Assembly: GCA_030390025.1 (NCBI GenBank)
Contig: CM059432.1
Location: forward strand, 141,548,001-141,612,000
DNA length: 64,000 nt
Reading direction: 5' to 3'
DNA from: Squalus acanthias
Taxonomy: Eukaryota
Numbering within the stretch: position 1 is the first letter of the stretch; each line of letters begins with the position of its first letter. A program made the position numbers and the translations under genes. The notes under the pieces are model-generated. The model was not told the DNA's origin and did no database searches. It saw nothing but the letters and a program-made list of their open reading frames with translations. Of the stretch, positions 22,981-36,609 are shown piece by piece.

Positions 22981-24740
22981 ACATAGAATTAACAGCACAG
23001 AGACAGGCTACTTGGTCCATGTCGGTGTTTATGCTCCAAATGAGCCTCCTCCGACTCCTCTTCATCTCACCCTTATCACCAAATCTCTCTATTCCTTTCT
23101 CCCTCATGTGTTTATCTAGCTTCCCCTTAAATGCATCTACACTATTCGCCTCAACTACTCCGTGTGGTAGCCAGTTCCACATTCTCGCCACTCTTTGGGT
23201 GAAGAAGTTTCCCCTGAATTCCTTATTGGAACTATCTTATATTTATGGTCCGTAGTTTTGGACTCCCCCCCCGCCCGCCCCCCCCCCCCCACAAGTGGAA
23301 ACATCTCTACATCTACCCCTTCATAATTTTAAAGACCTCTATCAGGTCACCCCCCTCAGCCTTCTCTTCTACAGAAAAGAGCCCCAGCCTGTTCAGTCTT
23401 TCCTGATAACACTTCTCAGTCCTGGTATCATCCTTCTGAATCTTTTTTTCACCTTCTCCAGTGCCTCTATCCCTTTTGTAATATGGAGACCAGAACTGCA
23501 CACAGGGAAGACTTTCCCTTTTGTTCATTCCTCCCCTTGCCTGACTCTGTACTTGCTTAAAATCTGTTACATCTCTAACTTTTTCCAATTCTGATGAAAG
23601 GTCATCGACCTGAAACGTTAACTTTGTTTCTCTCTCCACAGATGCTGCCTGACCTGCTGGTTATTTCCAGCATTTTCTGCTTTTATTACAGTACTTTAAG
23701 TGTTGTCTAATCAAGGTTCTATACAAGTTTTACATAACTTCTGTACTTTTCAATTCTATCCCTCTAGAAATGAACCCCAGTGCTTGGCTTACTTTTTAAA
23801 TGGCCTTTTTAACCTGCTTTGCTACTTTAGTGATTTGTGTATCTGTACCCCTAGATCCCTCTGCGCCTCTACCCCATTTAGACTCTTTATTTTCCAAGGA
23901 GTATGTGGCCTCCTTATTCTTCCTACCAAAATGCACCACCTCACTTATCTATATTGAAATTCATTTGCCAATTACACGCCTAGTCTACCAATTTATTAAT
24001 GTCATCTTGTATTTTGTCACAGTCCTCCTCAATATTAACTATACCCCTCAATTTGGGTGTTGTCCACAAATTTTGAAATTGTACTTCGGATTCCCGAGTC
24101 CGAATCGTTTATATAAATGGTGAACAACAGTGGTCCCAGCACACATCCTTGTGGAACACCGCTTCCTACCTTTTGCCAGTCTGATTAACTACCCTTAACC
24201 CCCCTACTCTCTGTTTTATAGCCAACTTGCTATCCATTCTGCTACTTGTCCCCTGACTCCACATGCTCTGACCGTAGTCATGAGTCTTCTATGCGGTACC
24301 TTATCGAAGGCCTTTTGAAAATCCAAATATATTACATCTACTACATTACCATTGTCTACTCTTTCTGTTACTTCAAATAATTCAATAAGGTTGGTCATGC
24401 ATGATGTTCCCTTTTGAAATCCGTGCTGACTATTCTTTATTATATTTTTGGTTTCTAGATGTTTTTCTATTACATCTTTGAATAAAAATTCCATTATCTT
24501 TCCTACTACCAACGTTAAGCTAATTGGTCTATAGGTCCCTGGATTTGTTCTATCTCCCTTTCTAAATATAGGAATCACATTAGCTGTCCGCCAGTCCTTT
24601 GGCACTATTCCCTTTTCTAATTAATTCTTATATATATGTAATAGCTGCCTCTGCTATCGCTTCCCTAACCTCTTTTAAAATGCGCGGATGCAATCCAGGG
24701 ATTTTTATCCTCTCTAAATTCGACTAGTTTATTAATTATC
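22981..24740 (-). mobile_element. CR1 LINE fragment with a Penelope-like tail nested at about 23510-23690 (hammerhead motif 23586-23625)
   Basis: YLDFQKAFDKVPH, CVQFWSPYYK. Confidence 0.85.
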
Positions 24741-25179
24741 TCCCCCCCCCCTTTCTATCTTAAAAGAGTCAGCTTGCTGGTCTTTCATAAAATATAATAA
24801 TTGAGTAAAGGGACATATAATAAGGCAGCTGGACCATAGAAAGTTTACAAGATTGAAGAAGGCTATTTGGCCTACCAAGCCTATATTACATCGGCCCCGG
24901 GGGAGGGGTAACGAGGTTATCGGGGAGGAGCGAGAAGGACTCCAGCTGTCATGGTAACAGGTAATACCTGCAATGTGTATTCTCTCCATTGGTGGCACTG
25001 CAGTGCTCCCTCAACTGATTCACGACTGCTCTCTGGTATCCCCCTTGCAAAAAGTTCCATCTTACAGGCACTTTCCTCAGTTTAAATGTGTTTCTTTCGC
25101 TTAACATCGTAAAAAATAAGTTGTTTGCTTTCTGGTCTGTACTTCTGTGCAGCATAAGGATGTGATAGGGTAGATATCA

Positions 25180-25905
25180 CAGGGCCCCAAACACCCCTTC
25201 CAGGTGAAACAGCGATTTACTTGTACTTCCTGCAATTTAGTATACTGTATTCGCTGCTCACGATGTGGACTCCTCTACATTGGGGAGACCAAACGCAGAT
25301 TGGGTGACCGCTTTGCGGAACACCTCCGTTCAGTCCGTAAGGGGGACCCCGAGCTCCCGGTGGCCTGTCACTTTAATTCACCGCTTCACTCCCACTCTGA
25401 CCTCACCGTCCTCGGCCTATTACACTGTTCCACGGAAGCTCAGCGTAAGCTCGAGGAACAGCACCTCATCTTTCGTTTAGGCACGCTACAGCCCTCTGGA
25501 CTCAATATCGAGTTCAACAATTTTAGATCATAACCTCAGCTCCAATCACATTTATATTTTATTTTATCCACCCTTTTATTTGTCCCCCCCACCTTTTTTT
25601 TTTCCTCCTAGAAGCTGGCAGCTGTCCTTCATTCTGCCAGTGGATTTCACACTTCATTCAGCCTTAATCTGTCACATTAACACCACCTCTAGCCTTGCAT
25701 ATCTCTTAATGTCTCTTCATCTCCTCCTTTGTTCCTTTATCCCCTCCCCCTTTTCCCAGCTTTACCCTGGCCTTAAATCTATTTGATTTCCAGCTCTTCC
25801 CAGTTCTGATGAAAGGTCATCGACCTGAAACGTCAACTCTCTTTCTCTCTCTACGGATGCTGCCTGGCCTGCTGAGTTTTTCCAGCGTTTTCTGTTGTTA
25901 TTTTA
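25180..25905 (+). mobile_element. Penelope-like element 3' part with intact GIY-YIG endonuclease domain
   Basis: ORF 25204-25533 LVYCIRCSRCGLLYIGETKRRLGDRFAEH. Confidence 0.9.
25801..25840 (+). ncRNA. Minimal type I hammerhead ribozyme motif with GUC cleavage triplet
   Basis: AGTT-CTGATGA-A-AGGTC/GACCT-GAAA-CGTC-AACT. Confidence 0.8.
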
Positions 25906-26845
25906 GATAGAGAGAAGCTTTTTCCGCTGGTGGGGGAGTCTAGGACAAGGGGACATAGCCTTAAGATCAAAGTCAGGCCATTCAAGAGAGGAGAAGGGAG
26001 GAAACTCTTTGTCACACAAAGGGTGGTAGAAGTGTGGAACTCGCTCCCCCAAAAAGCAGTGGATGCAAGCTCAATTAATAATTTTAAATCTGAGATCGAT
26101 AGATGCCCTTTGCTGGCCAAGGGTATTAAGGGATATGGAGCCAAGCTGGGTGGATGGAGTTATGAGACAGATCAGCCATAATCTCGTTAAATGGCAGAAC
26201 AAGCTCGAGGGGCTGAATGGCCTCCTCCTGTTCCTAAGCCCAGGGGTCCTTGCTGCTTTGGAGAAATAAATACATAGCAACAAGGTTTTTTTTATTCATT
26301 CACAGGATGTGGGCATCGCTGGCAAGGCCAGCATTTATTGCCCATTCCTAATTGCCCTGGAGAAGGTGGTGGTGAGCCACCGCCTTGAACCGCTGCAGTC
26401 CGTGTGGCGAAGGTACTCCCACAGTGCTGTTAGGGAGGGAGTTCCAGGATTTTGACCCAGCGACGATGAAGGATCGGCGATATATTTTCCAAGTCAGGAT
26501 GGTGTTCCCATGTGCCTGCTGCACTTCTAGTTGGTAGAGTCGTGGGTTTGGGATGTGCTGTCGAAGAAGACTTAGCGAGTTGCTGCAGTGCATCTTGTAG
26601 ATGGTACACACTGCAGCCGCGGTGCGCCGGTGGTGGAGGGAGTGAATTTTTAAGGTGGTGGATGGGATGCCAATCAAGCGGGCTGCTTTGTCCTGGATGA
26701 GCTTCTTGAGTGTTGTTGGAGCTGCACCTATCCTTGCAAGTGGAGAGTATTCCATCACACTCCTGACTTGTGTCTTGTAGATGGTGGAAAGGCTTTGGGG
26801 AGTCAGGATTCGGTGGTGTGTCACTCGCCGCAGAATACCCAGCCT
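25905..26845. mobile_element. CR1 3' fragment (+, to about 26236) followed by a second-family CR1-like LINE 3' fragment (-)
   Basis: TRGHSLKI...FVTQRVV; VRSVMEYSPL...IQDKAARLI. Confidence 0.8.
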
Positions 26846-27904
26846 CTTAGTTAGTGCCTCCCCTTCCCAACTCTGCTTCATAAATCTGTTAAAAGATTCT
26901 TTGTCCCAAGTTCTGCAGTTCGGTGGAGTGTCCGTCTGTTGGCCATGTCCCTTGGGCCCCCTGATGTTTAGAGGGAATAGATAAATAGTCCTTTTAAATA
27001 CTTGGCCTCAAAAGAACCAATGAAATAGGCAGACGGGACCTTGGCTCAACATCTGCACTGAAGCATTCCTTCAGTACTACACTGGAGTGTCAGTCTATAT
27101 TAGGTGCTAAAGAAAGAAAGACTGAATTTTTTTGTCCACAGAAGATCGGCTCGTGAACTGAATTATCTAAATTAATCAATAGTATTCCGATGACAAGCAT
27201 GCAGGAATCCTTTCACCATTGCTTCAACTCTGCAATCTAGTATTGAGAATTAACTTGGACATCTTTAATGCATCACATGCTTAAGTCATTGCCTGTCGAC
27301 ATTAAACAAGAGGTAAAAAATGGGATATTATTTACTTATCCGTTGGATAATTCAGCTTTAAACAATTCTCCAGCTCCAAAATAATATTGCACAATATCAA
27401 AAATAAGAAAGAAAGACTTGCATTTCTTTAGCACCTTTCACAACCTCAGGATGCCGGCGGACACCGCGTGCTCCATCTCCAGGGCCACCCGGGCGCGAAC
27501 ATGGCCGCGGAAGAGAGGCAGGCAGTCGGGCCGAACGACCCCCTCGACCTCCCGCTACAGAGTCTGTGTAAAAAGAGTCTGTCTGTACGAACCACAGCAA
27601 ACAGAACTCGTGACCAAAGAAAGATGATTACCTCTTCTGATAAAGGCAGGGAGACTTTTTCCAGTAAAATGCAGTGAGTGGAGGATAGTTACATACAAAT
27701 AATGTGCGTAAAATCAATCCCAGCAGTGATTTGACAGAGGAATTACCCAATCATCTCCATTCTGGCTCGGAGTAAGTGGTGTCACCAATGGTCTGGAGGT
27801 CCCGCGCAGGCCGCTCACCGGCTTTTATATGGGAGAAACCGCACTTGCGCGAAAATTTGAATGAGCCACGCAGCCAGTTAAAATAACCACGCACCAAAAA
27901 AAGT

Positions 27905-30900
27905 AACAACCACAACAACTTGTATTTATATAGCGCCTTTAACGTAGTAAAATGTCCCAAGGCGCTTCACAGGAGTATTATAAGACAAAAAATTTGACAC
28001 CGAGCCACATAAGGAGAAATTAGGGCAGGTGACCAAAAGCTTGATCAAAGAGGTAGGTTTTAAGGAGCGTCTTAAAGGCAGGGAATTCCAGAGCTTAGGG
28101 CCTAGGCAACAGAAGGGACGGCCACCAATGGTTGAGTGATTATAATCAGGGATGCTCAAGAGGGCAGAATTAGAGGAGAGCAGATATCTCAGGGGGTTGT
28201 GGGGCTGAAGGCGATTACAGAGATAGGGAGGGGCGAGGCCATGGAGGAATTTGAAAACAAGGATGAGAATTTTGAAATCGAGGCGTTGCTTTGCCAGGAG
28301 CCAATGTAGGTCAGCGAGCACAGGGGAGATGGGTAAACGGGACTTGGTGCGAGTTAGGACATGAGCAGCCGAGTTTTGGATCACCTCAAGTTTACATAGG
28401 GTGGAATGTGGGAGGCCAGCCAGGAGTGCGTTGGAATAGTCAAGTCTAGAGGTAACAAAGGCATGGATGAGGGTTTCAGCAGCGGATGAGCTGAGACGGG
28501 CGATGTTACGGAGGTGGAAGTAGGCGGTCTTAGTTATGCTGCGGATATGTGGTCGGAAGCTCATTTCAGGGTCAAATATGACATCAAGGTTGTGAACAAT
28601 GTGGTTCAGCCTTCATCAAATGTTAGCAAGAGGGATGGAGTCAGTGGCTAGGGAACGGAGTTTGTGGCGGGGACCAAAAACAATGGCTTCGGTCTTCCCA
28701 GTATTTAATTGGAGAAAATGATGTCGGACAAGGATTTAGAGAATCAAGAGAAGTGGTAGTTTACGGCGCAGAAACAGGCCATCCGGCCCAACCAGTCCAT
28801 GCCGGCGTTTATGCTCCACTCGAGCCTCTTCCCGTCTTTCCTCATCTAACTCTATCAACATAACCCTCTATTCCCTTCTCCCTCATATGCTTCTCTAGCC
28901 TCCCCTTAAATGCATCTATACTATTCGCTTCAACCACTCCCTGTTGCAGCGAGTTCCACATTCTCACCGCTCTTTGGGTAAAGAAATTTCTTCTGAATTC
29001 CCTATTGGATGTCTTGGTGACTATCTTATATTGATGGCCTCTAGTTATGCTCTTCCCCACAAGTGGAAACACTCTGTATCCACTCTATCAAAACCTTTCA
29101 TAATTTTAAAGACCTCTATTAGGTCACCCCTCAGCCTTTTTTTTCCAAGAGAAAAGAGACCCAGCCTGTTCATCCTTTCCTGATATGTATACCCTCGCAT
29201 TTCTGGTATCATCCTTGTAAATCTTGTCTGCACCCTCTCCAGTGCCTCTATATCCTTTTTATAATATGGCGACCAGAACTGTACGCAGTACTCTAAGTGT
29301 GGTCTAACCAAGGTTCGATACAGGTTTAGCATAACTTCCCTACTTTTCAATTCTATCGCTCTAGAAATAAACCCTAGTGCTTGGTTTGCTTTTTTTATGG
29401 CCTTGCTAACCTGTGTCGCAACTTTTAGTGATTTGTGTATTTGTACTCCGAGATCCCTTTGTTCCTCTACCCTACCTAGACTCGCACCCTCCAAGTAATA
29501 AGTGACCTCCCTATTCTTCCTACCACAATGTAATACCTCACATTTATCTGTGTTGAACTTCATTTGCCAATTATATGCCCATTCTGCAAGTTTATTAATG
29601 TCCTCCTGTAATTTGTTGCAGTCCTCCTCAGTATTGACTATCCCCCCCAATTTGGTGTCATCCGCAAATTTAGAAATTGTGTTTTTGATTCCAAAGTTTA
29701 AATCATTCCTGTAAATTGTGAACAACAGTGGTCCCAGCACTGATCCTTGTGGAACACCGCTACCCACCTTCTGTCACTGTGAATAGCTACCCTTTACTCC
29801 TACTCTCTGCTCTCTGCTTTCTGTCTTAAAGCCAGCTAGCTATCCATTCTGCTACTTGTCCCCTACTCCGCATTCTCTGACCTTATTCATCAGTCTATTA
29901 TGGGGTATCTATTGAAGGCCTTTTGAAAATCTAGATAAATTTCATCTACTACATTACCATTGTCTACTCTCTCTGTTACCTCTTCAAAAAATTCAATGAG
30001 TTTGGTCAAGCAAGACTTTCGTTTTTGAAATCCATGCTAACTATTCCTTATTATATTTTTGGTTTCTAGATGTTCTTCTATTTTCTCCTTTAGTAGGGAT
30101 TCCATTATTTTTCCTACCACCGATGTTAAGCTGACTGGTCTATAATTCCCTGGACATGTTCTATCCCCCTTCTTGAATATAGGTATTGTGTTAGCTATCC
30201 GCCAGTCTTCTGGAACTACACCTTTTTCTAACGAATTATTAAATATGTTTAGTAATGCCTCTGCTATCTCTTCTCTAGATTCTTTTGAAATGCGTGGATG
30301 CAATTTATCCAGAGTTAATTAAATCCAGGAGTTTATCCTCTTTGAGTTTGATTAGTTTATTTAATATATCCCCTCTTATTATTTTAAATGCACTTACCTC
30401 ATTACTAATCTCATCATCCAATGTAATTTCCACTTGTTCTATCTCCCTGGTAAATACTGAAGCAAAATAATTATTTAATATTTCTGCCATCTTTCTATCG
30501 TTACCTGTGGTATTATCCTGTCGATCCCTTAATGGCCCTATTCCCATCCCAACCTTCTTTTTTTATTGATGTGCCTGTAAAATATTTTACTATTTTGTTT
30601 TATGTTCCTTGATAATTTAATTTCATAGTTCCTCTTTGCCTTCCTAATTGTTTTTTGGACTTCTCTCCTAATCTCTTTGTATTCTCCCTTATCATGCACT
30701 TCCCTGATGTCCATGTACTTAACGTATGCCTCTTTCCTCAGCCTCAGTTGTTCCCTTATGGCTTTATTTATCCTTGGAGTCTCATTAGTGTTTAGTCTGT
30801 TCTTTCCTTTTAGCGGAATATATTTTTCCTGCACTCTGTTGAACACCATTTTAAATGTTTCCCATTGCTGTTCTACATCGATGTTTGCCAATATTGTTGC

Positions 30901-32130
30901 CCATTTTATTTTCCCAAGTTCTATTCTCAGCCCCTCAAAATCAGCTTTTCTCCAATCTATTAACCTGGTTTTCATCATACTTATATCCTTCTCAATTATC
31001 ATCTTAAAGTGTATTATATTATGGTCACTATTGCCTCGATGTTCCCCTACTTTTACTTCTCTTATCTGCTCTGGTTCATTCCCCATTACTAGATCAGGTA
31101 GTGAGGTAGAGCTGGGTGTCATCCGCGTACATGTGGAAACTGACGCTGTGTTTTCGGATGATGTCGCCAAGGGGCAACATGTAGATGAGAAATAGGAGGG
31201 GCCAAGGATAGATCCTTGGGGGACACCAGAGGTAACGATGCAGGAGCGGGAAGAGAAGCCGTTGCAGGTGATTCTCTGGCTACAATTAGATAGATAAGAA
31301 TGGAACCAGGTGAGTGCAGTCCCACCCAGCTGGACGACGGTGGAGAGGCGTTGGAGCAGGATGGAGTGATCAACCGTGTCAAAGGCTGCAGACAAGTCAA
31401 GAAGGATGAGGAGGGATAGTTTACCTTTGTCACAGTCACAAAGGATGTCATTTGGGACTTTGATGAGAGCTGTTTCGGTACTGTGACAAGGGCGGAAACC
31501 TGATTGGAGGGATTCAAACATGGAATTGCGGGAAAGATGGGAGGCGACAACACGTTCAAGGACTTTGGAGAGGAAAAGGAGGTTGGAGATGGGGCAATAG
31601 TTTGCAAGGAAGGAGGGGTCAAGGGTTGTTTTTTTGAGGAGAGGGGTGATGACGGCAGATTTGAGGGAGAGGGGGACAGTACCTGAGGAGAGAGAACCGT
31701 TAACAATGTCAGCTAACATGGGAGCCAGAAAAGGAAGTTGGGTGGTCAGCAGTTTGGTGGGAATAGGGTCGAGGGAGCAGGAAGTGGGTCTCATGGACAA
31801 GAAGAGCTTGGAGAGGACATGAGGGGCGATCGGAGAGAAACTGGAGAAAGACGCGAGTTCAGGACTAGGGCAGGGGGGGAACCTTAGAGGAAGATTGGCC
31901 CGGTGGGCTAGGGGAAGGAAGGGAAGTGGCAGAGGCAGCTGAACAAATGGTCTCAGTCTTAGAGACAAAGAAGTCCGTGAGCTCCTCACACTTGTTGTCG
32001 GAGGTGAGGGTGGCGGGGACAGGGGTTTAGAAGACGGTTAGCAGTGAAGAATAGAAGCTGGGGTTTATCTTTGCATTCCAGAATGATTCTGGAATAGTGA
32101 ACAATTTTGGCAGACGAGAGCAGGACGTAA
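27905..32130 (-). mobile_element. L2 LINE split by a CR1 insertion
   Basis: LLDLSAAFDTVDH and SRLDYSNALL motifs; the L2 sequence resumes across the insertion. Confidence 0.85.
28761..31096 (-). mobile_element. CR1 LINE nested in L2
   Basis: GGTAGT duplicated at 28755-28760 and 31097-31102; KFADDTKLGG RT motif. Confidence 0.85.
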
Positions 32131-32367
32131 GAGGGAATATTGGGCGTCACTGTATGCAGCCACTGTGTTTTGGCTGAGTCAGCATGCAGTTCCACTACAA
32201 AGACAGTGGGTGGCACTGCAATATGTGGATGGGAGGTAAGTGTGTTCAATTGAAAAATAGTACCTAAAGGTATCTGAATCCCTGTCTGTTTAGAGGAGTT
32301 ACGGATGGGGCTGTAAATATCTGAGACACTGTCTAACTAGAGGAGGTTGGGGAGGAGCTGTAAATAT

Positions 32368-33565
32368 TTTTTTTTATTCGTTCATGGGATGTGGGTGTCG
32401 CTGGCAAGGCCAGCATTTATTGCCCATCCCTAATTGCTCTTGAGAAGGTGGCGGTGAGCCGCCTCTTGAACCGCTGCAGTCCGTGTGGTGAAGGTACTCC
32501 CACAGTGCTGTTAGGTAGGGAGTTCCAGGATTTTGACCCAGCGACGATGAAGGAACGGCGATATATTCCCAAGTCAGGATAGTGCGTGACTTGGAGGAGG
32601 ACTTGGAGGAGAACTTGGAGGTGGTGGTGTTCCCATGCGCCTGCTGCCCTTGTCCTTCTAGGTGGAAGAGGTCGTGGGTTTGGGAGGTGCTGTCGAAAAG
32701 CCTTGGCGAGTTGCTGCAGTGCATCCTGTAGATGGTACACACTGCAGCCATGGTATGCCGGTGGTGGAGGGAGTGAATGTTAAGGTGGTGGATGGGGTGC
32801 CAATCAAACGTGCTGCCTTGTCCTGGATGGTGTCGAGCTTCTTTAATCTTGTTGGAGCTGCACTCATCCAGGCAAGCGGACAGTATTCATTCACACTCCT
32901 GACTTGTGCCTTGTAGATGGTGGAAAGGCTTTGGGGAGTCAGGAGGTGAGACACTCGCTGCAGAATACCCAGCCTCTGACCTGCTCTTGTAGCCACAGTA
33001 TTTATGTGGCTGGTCCACTTAAGTTTCTGGTCAATGGTGACCCCCCAGATGTTGATGTTGGGGGATTCAGTGATAGTAATGCCGTTGAATGTCGAGGGGC
33101 TGCGGTTAGACTCTCTTTTGTTGGAAATAGTCATTGCCTGGCACTTGTGTGGCACGAATGTTACTTGCCACTCATCAGCCCAAGCCTGAATGTTGTCCAG
33201 GTCTTGCTACATGCGGGCACGGACTGCTTTATTATCTGAGGAGTTGCGAATGGGACTGAACACTGTTCAATCATCAGCAAACATCCCCACTTCTGACCTT
33301 ATGATGGAGGGAAGGTCATTGATGAAGCAGCTGAAGATGTTTGGGCCTAGGACACTACCCTGAGGAACTCCTGCAGCAATGTCCTGGGGCTGAGAGGATT
33401 GGACTCCCAACAACCACAACCATCTTTCTTTGTGCTAGATATGACTCCAGCCAGTGGAGAGTTTTCCCCCTGATTCCCATTTACTTCAATTTTACTAGGG
33501 CTCCTTGGTGCCATACTCAGTCAAATGTTGCCTTGATGTCAAGGGCAGTCACTCTCACCTCACCC
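32368..33565 (-). mobile_element. Second-family CR1-like LINE 3' part
   Basis: KCQAMTISNKRE...KLDTIQDKAARLI; poly-A tail. Confidence 0.85.
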
Positions 33566-33630
33566 CCGAGACCCGAAATATCTGAGACCCTGTCTGTTTA
33601 GAGTGAGTTGGGGAGGGGGCTGTAAATATC

Positions 33631-34985
33631 AGTAGTTGGGAAAATGCTGGAATCTATTATAAAGGATGCAATAACTGGGCACTTAGAAACTAATAGTAAG
33701 ATTGGGCAGAGTCAACATGGATTTATGAAAGGGAAATCCTGTTTGACAAACCTATTGGAGTTCTTTGAGGATGTAACTAGTGGAGTAGACAAAGGGGAAC
33801 CGGTAGATGTGGTGTATTTGGATTTTCAGAAGGCCTTCGATAAGGTCCCACACAAGAGGTTGGTGAACAAAATTAGGGCACGTGGAATTGGGGGTAATAT
33901 ACTCGCATGGATTGAGAATTGGTTAACAGACAGAAAACAAAGAGTAGGAATAAACGGGTCTTTTTCAGGATGGCAGGCTGTGACTAGTGGGGTACCGCAA
34001 GGATCAGTGCTTGGGCCCCAGCTATTCACAATCTATATCAATGATTTGGGTGAGGGGACTAAATGTAACATTTCCAAATTTGCTGATGACACAAAGCTAG
34101 GCGGCAGTGTCAGTTGTGAAGAGGATGTGAAGAGGCTTCAAGGGGATCTCGACAGGCTCAGTGAGTGGGCGAGAACATGGCTGATGGAATATAATGTGGA
34201 TAAATGTGAAGTTATCCACTTTGGTAGAAAAAACAGAAAGGCAGAGTATTTCCTAAATGGTGAAAAATTGGGGAATGCAGATGCTCAAAGGGACCTGGGT
34301 GTCCTTGTACATGAGTCACTGAAAGTGAATGTGCAGGTGCAGCAAGCGATAAGGAAGGCAAATGGTATGCTGGCCTTCATTACAAGAGGATTTGAGTACA
34401 GGAGTAAAGAAGTCTTACTCCAATTATATAGGGGCTTGGTGAGACCACATCTGGAGTACTGTGTACAATTTTGAAGGATATTCTTGCCATAGAGGGAGTG
34501 CAACGAAGGTTCACGAGATTGATTCCTGGGATGGCGGGACTGTCGTATGAGAAGAGATTGAGTAAACTAGGCCTGTATTCTCTTGAATTCAGAAGAATGA
34601 GAGGGGATCTCATTGAAGCATACAAAATTATTACAGGGCTTGATAGGGTGGATGCTGGGAGAATGTTTCACTTGGCTGGGGAGTCTAGAACCAGGGGCCA
34701 CAGCCTCAGGATAAAGGGTAGGCCATTCAGGACTGAGATGAGAAGAAATTTCTTCACACAGAGGGTGGTGAATCTTTGGAATTCTCTACCCCAGAGGGCT
34801 GTGGAGGCTCAGTCATTGGGTATATTCAAAACAGAAGTCGATAGATTTTTGGATATTAAGGGCATCAAGGGATATGGCGATAGGGCCGGTGAATGGAGTT
34901 GAGGCAGAAGATCAGCCATGATCTCATTGAATGGCGGAGCAGGCTCGAAGGGCCAAACTCCTGCTCCTATTTCTTATGTTCTTAT
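33631..34985 (+). mobile_element. CR1 LINE 3' part (RT)
   Basis: ORFs 33644-34474 and 34471-34902. Confidence 0.92.
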
Positions 34986-35844
34986 GTAATATCCAAGACC
35001 CTGTCTGAATAGAGGGAGTTGGGGAGGGGGCTCTAAATATCCTCGACGCTGTCTGAGAATCGTTTAATCCGAGTTGCTGTGTTTTAATTATAATTTTTAG
35101 TCGCTTCTGCAGGAAATAAACTAAATACCAAGTGGAACTTTTTAGCATATCATTTACTGGTATCAACAGTCAATTACCTGTGCACCCGAAAAGAATGAGG
35201 CTGCACCAGTCTTATCAGGGAACAGGAGCAGTTGCTCTGGGATCGGTTTATGACAGACTGACAGCTGTGGTATAGGAGTACAGATTAATAATCACGTTTC
35301 TACCCAAACTCCAGGGGAAGCTTTTCATTCAACATTCTTTCGGCTGCCAAACTGTGAAAACAGCAAAGGAAAATGTACCCAGAATAGCCCGCTATTTATG
35401 GCAGTGCAGAGCTACTCTGCGTTTCTACAGCAGTGATGCCCAGCTGGGCATCCTTTATTGACAGCTGCGCTCTATGTACTCACCCGGACCCTCAGGCATT
35501 GAATTCCAAAATGAACTTTTACCAGATGTATTTCTAATCCATTCTGATCCAGCGGTTCAGCTTTGCCAGTTGTTTGCAGTGCTCGTCATTCAGTCTGAAG
35601 CTCTGCGCCCCATGTCTGTAGCTGCATGTAGAGGACAATTAACTCTTTACTAGTTGATCTCCCATAGCATGGCATGGACAGAGATATTTGAAAAACGTGT
35701 TTCTCCCATGGTCTGTTTCTTCCTGTCTGCCCTCTTTCTCTTTCTTGCCTTCTTTCACCCTTACTCTGTATGGTGCTCACGCACATTCTCTTATAGTCTC
35801 TATATCTCTCTCTCTACTCTTTTCTCATGCCCTTACTCTACAGT

Positions 35845-36300
35845 GTCAGCCGTGGCTCAGTGGGTAGCGCTCTCGCCTCTGAATCAGAAGTTGCGCGTTC
35901 ACAGTCCCACTCCAGAGACTTGAGCACATAAATCTAGGCTGACACTCCAGTGCAGTGCTGAGGGAGAGCTGCACTGTTGGAGGTGCCATCCTTCAGGTGA
36001 ACTGTTAAACCAAGGCCCCGTCTGCTCTCTAAGGTGGTTGCAAAAGATCCCATGACACTATTTGAAGAGGAGCAGGGGCGTTATCCCCAGTGCCCTGGAC
36101 AATACTTATCCCTCAATCAACATCACTAAAACAGATTATCTGGTCATTATCACATTGCTGTTTGTGGGAGCTTGCTGGGTGCAAATTGGCTGCCGCGTTT
36201 CCTACATTACAACAGTGACTACACTTCAAAAAGTACTTCATTGGCTGTAAAGCACTTTGGGACATCCTGAGGTCGTGAAAGGCGCTATAGAAATACAATT
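35845..36300 (+). mobile_element. Full-length tRNA-headed DeuSINE-like SINE
   Basis: GTGGCTCAGTGGGTAGCGC head; L2-like tail GGCGCTATAGAAAT. Confidence 0.8.
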
Positions 36301-36609
36301 CTCTTTTTCTCTCTCCCTCCGAGTGTATCGTTTCTCTTCTGTTTGTCGCTCTTTCAATTTATGCCTCTTACAAAGGTTCCTTTACTAATTTACTCAGCTT
36401 ACATCTTTTTGCCTTTTTCAAACACACAGGAAGATGGTAGTTAACCCGTGAACATTGGGCAGGGAAGGAACAAGAAAGCAAGAGAGGGCCATTGTCTGAG
36501 ACAGTGAGGTAGCAGGAAGTTGCAGCGTTGCCTGAGTTTGAGACTGGGAAAGCAGGGAGGTCATGAGGCCCAAGCCTGGGATTCGGTGTGAGGGAAGAGT
36601 CAGTGCAGA

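Noticed and set aside
30538..31989. 483-aa ORF that looks like a novel RT fusion
   Set aside because: Chance read-through from L2 RT into a nested CR1 at the 31097 junction, with a frameshift before the catalytic YADD motif
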